A DNA stretch of 64,000 nucleotides from Lepidodermella squamata (taxonomy: Eukaryota; Animalia; Gastrotricha). Below the pieces are notes generated by a model. That model had not been told where the DNA came from. It ran no database searches and saw only the letters and a program-made list of their open reading frames with translations. Made by a program: the position numbers and the translations under genes. Positions within the stretch are counted from its first letter, which is position 1; the number at the start of each line of letters is the position of its first letter. Below are positions 62,716 through 64,000 of the stretch, piece by piece. The stretch spans positions 2,356,001 through 2,420,000 of the forward strand of contig JBLDXI010000009.1 in NCBI GenBank assembly GCA_047495785.1, read 5' to 3'.

Positions 62716-63797
62716 ATGACCATGACAAAACCGAGTACTGGCATTCTCGGAATGCTGATGGCCGCTCAATACGTTTGTTTCTTCCTAATCGGCCCGTTGT
62801 TTATGCTTGGCTTCATTATCTCATTTTTCACCTCAATCTACCCATTCTCTCTGCTCTATCTCGCCTGGTGCATTTACGACCGCGAAACTCCGAATCTCGG
62901 CGGCCGTCGCTTCGATTGGCTTCGCAACATGTCCGCCTTCCGCACTTTTGCCGACTATTTCCCGGTGAGACTGCACAAAACTGCCGAGCTGGACCCGGCA
63001 AAGTGCTACATTCTCGGCTTCCACCCGCACGCTATCCTCAGCATTGCGAGTTTCGCGAATTTCGCCACCAATGGCACGGGTGCTAATAAAAAATTTCCTG
63101 GCATTAACTTTCATTTGCTGACTCTTTTCATGAATTTCTGGGCACCGCTTTGGCGCGATTATGAGCTTGGTTTCGGCATGGGCGCTGTCACGGCTAAGAG
63201 TATAATTCATAAGATGACGAAACTCGGCCCAGGCCATGCTGCTATTATTGTTGTTGGGGGCGCTCAGGAGGCTAAACTTTCGGACCCTGAAGACCCGTAC
63301 CGATTGATTTTGAACGCCCGCAAAGGGTTCATTAAGGTGGCTCTCCGAACTGGGTATGTTAATCGAATAGATCACCTATTTTTCTTGAAATTATTTGTAA
63401 TAATTTAGTGCCTCGCTTGTGCCTGTTTTCACATTTGGAGAAATTGATGCTTTTACGATTAAAAAAGTTTCCCCGCATTCGCTTGTTGGAAGAATTCAGC
63501 GCCTGATATACCGAATTTTTTCGTTCTTCCCCATTGTTTTCTACGGTAAATACTTGCTAGTCCCATACCAATGCCCGATTCACACAGTTGGTGAGTTTCT
63601 TTGAATTCTAGTTTTTTTTCGATGATTTTGACCTAATTTTCCCAGTTGGCGCCCCAATCGATGTCCCACTAACGCCTCATCCTACCAATGAAGAGGTCAA
63701 TAAGTACCACTCGATGTATGTCGAAGCTTTGAAGCAGCTATTCGAAGACAATGTTGTTAAATATGGCGACCCGACAAAGAAACTGACAATCTTGTAA
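62716..63797 (+). CDS. DGAT2/MOGAT-family acyltransferase, copy 10
   Basis: YFP, FHPHA (variant), GGAQEA, RKGFIKVALRTG|, FTFGE; 2 introns; ends KKLTIL*. Confidence 0.92.
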
Positions 63798-64000
63798 AAT
63801 CAAACTGATATTATGAGTTATTTCTGGTCTTCAAATCACCAGCATATTATTTTTGCTATAGATGCTGTCTTTCCATTGCCATAATAAAACTTCCGAAACC
63901 TTAGAACGAAATTATCTATGAATTTCGTAATAATTTTTCTACAGTTGTGCTCAATTATTAAACACTAGAAAAATCTCGACTAACATTGCAATAAGAATTT

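Overview
Compact animal genomic DNA with many ~45-65 nt spliceosomal introns. The 8-cysteine, mollusc-insulin-type peptides suggest a spiralian/lophotrochozoan invertebrate (inference). From left to right: (1) five minus-strand paralogues of a LamG/pentraxin-like surface protein, four with a Ser/Thr mucin stalk plus SEA-like domain and all with a GPI-like hydrophobic tail, interrupted by a plus-strand SLC6 transporter; (2) a non-coding stretch with a 185-bp Helitron-like element; (3) an IGFBP-Kazal-Ig (IGFBP7/IGFBP-rP1-type) gene directly next to eight co-oriented insulin-like peptide genes that share four predicted disulfides and a W-x-P-x-N motif before the A chain; (4) SUCLG1, an intronless GalNAc-transferase with an altered DxH motif, and UBTD; (5) ten tandem DGAT2/MOGAT-family acyltransferase genes packed 65-400 nt apart, each with a splice-acceptor-like AG just upstream of its ATG, suggesting operon-like transcription with trans-splicing. 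The most notable candidate system is the insulin-like peptide array with its linked binding-protein gene. Gene models were spliced by eye; no database searches were run.
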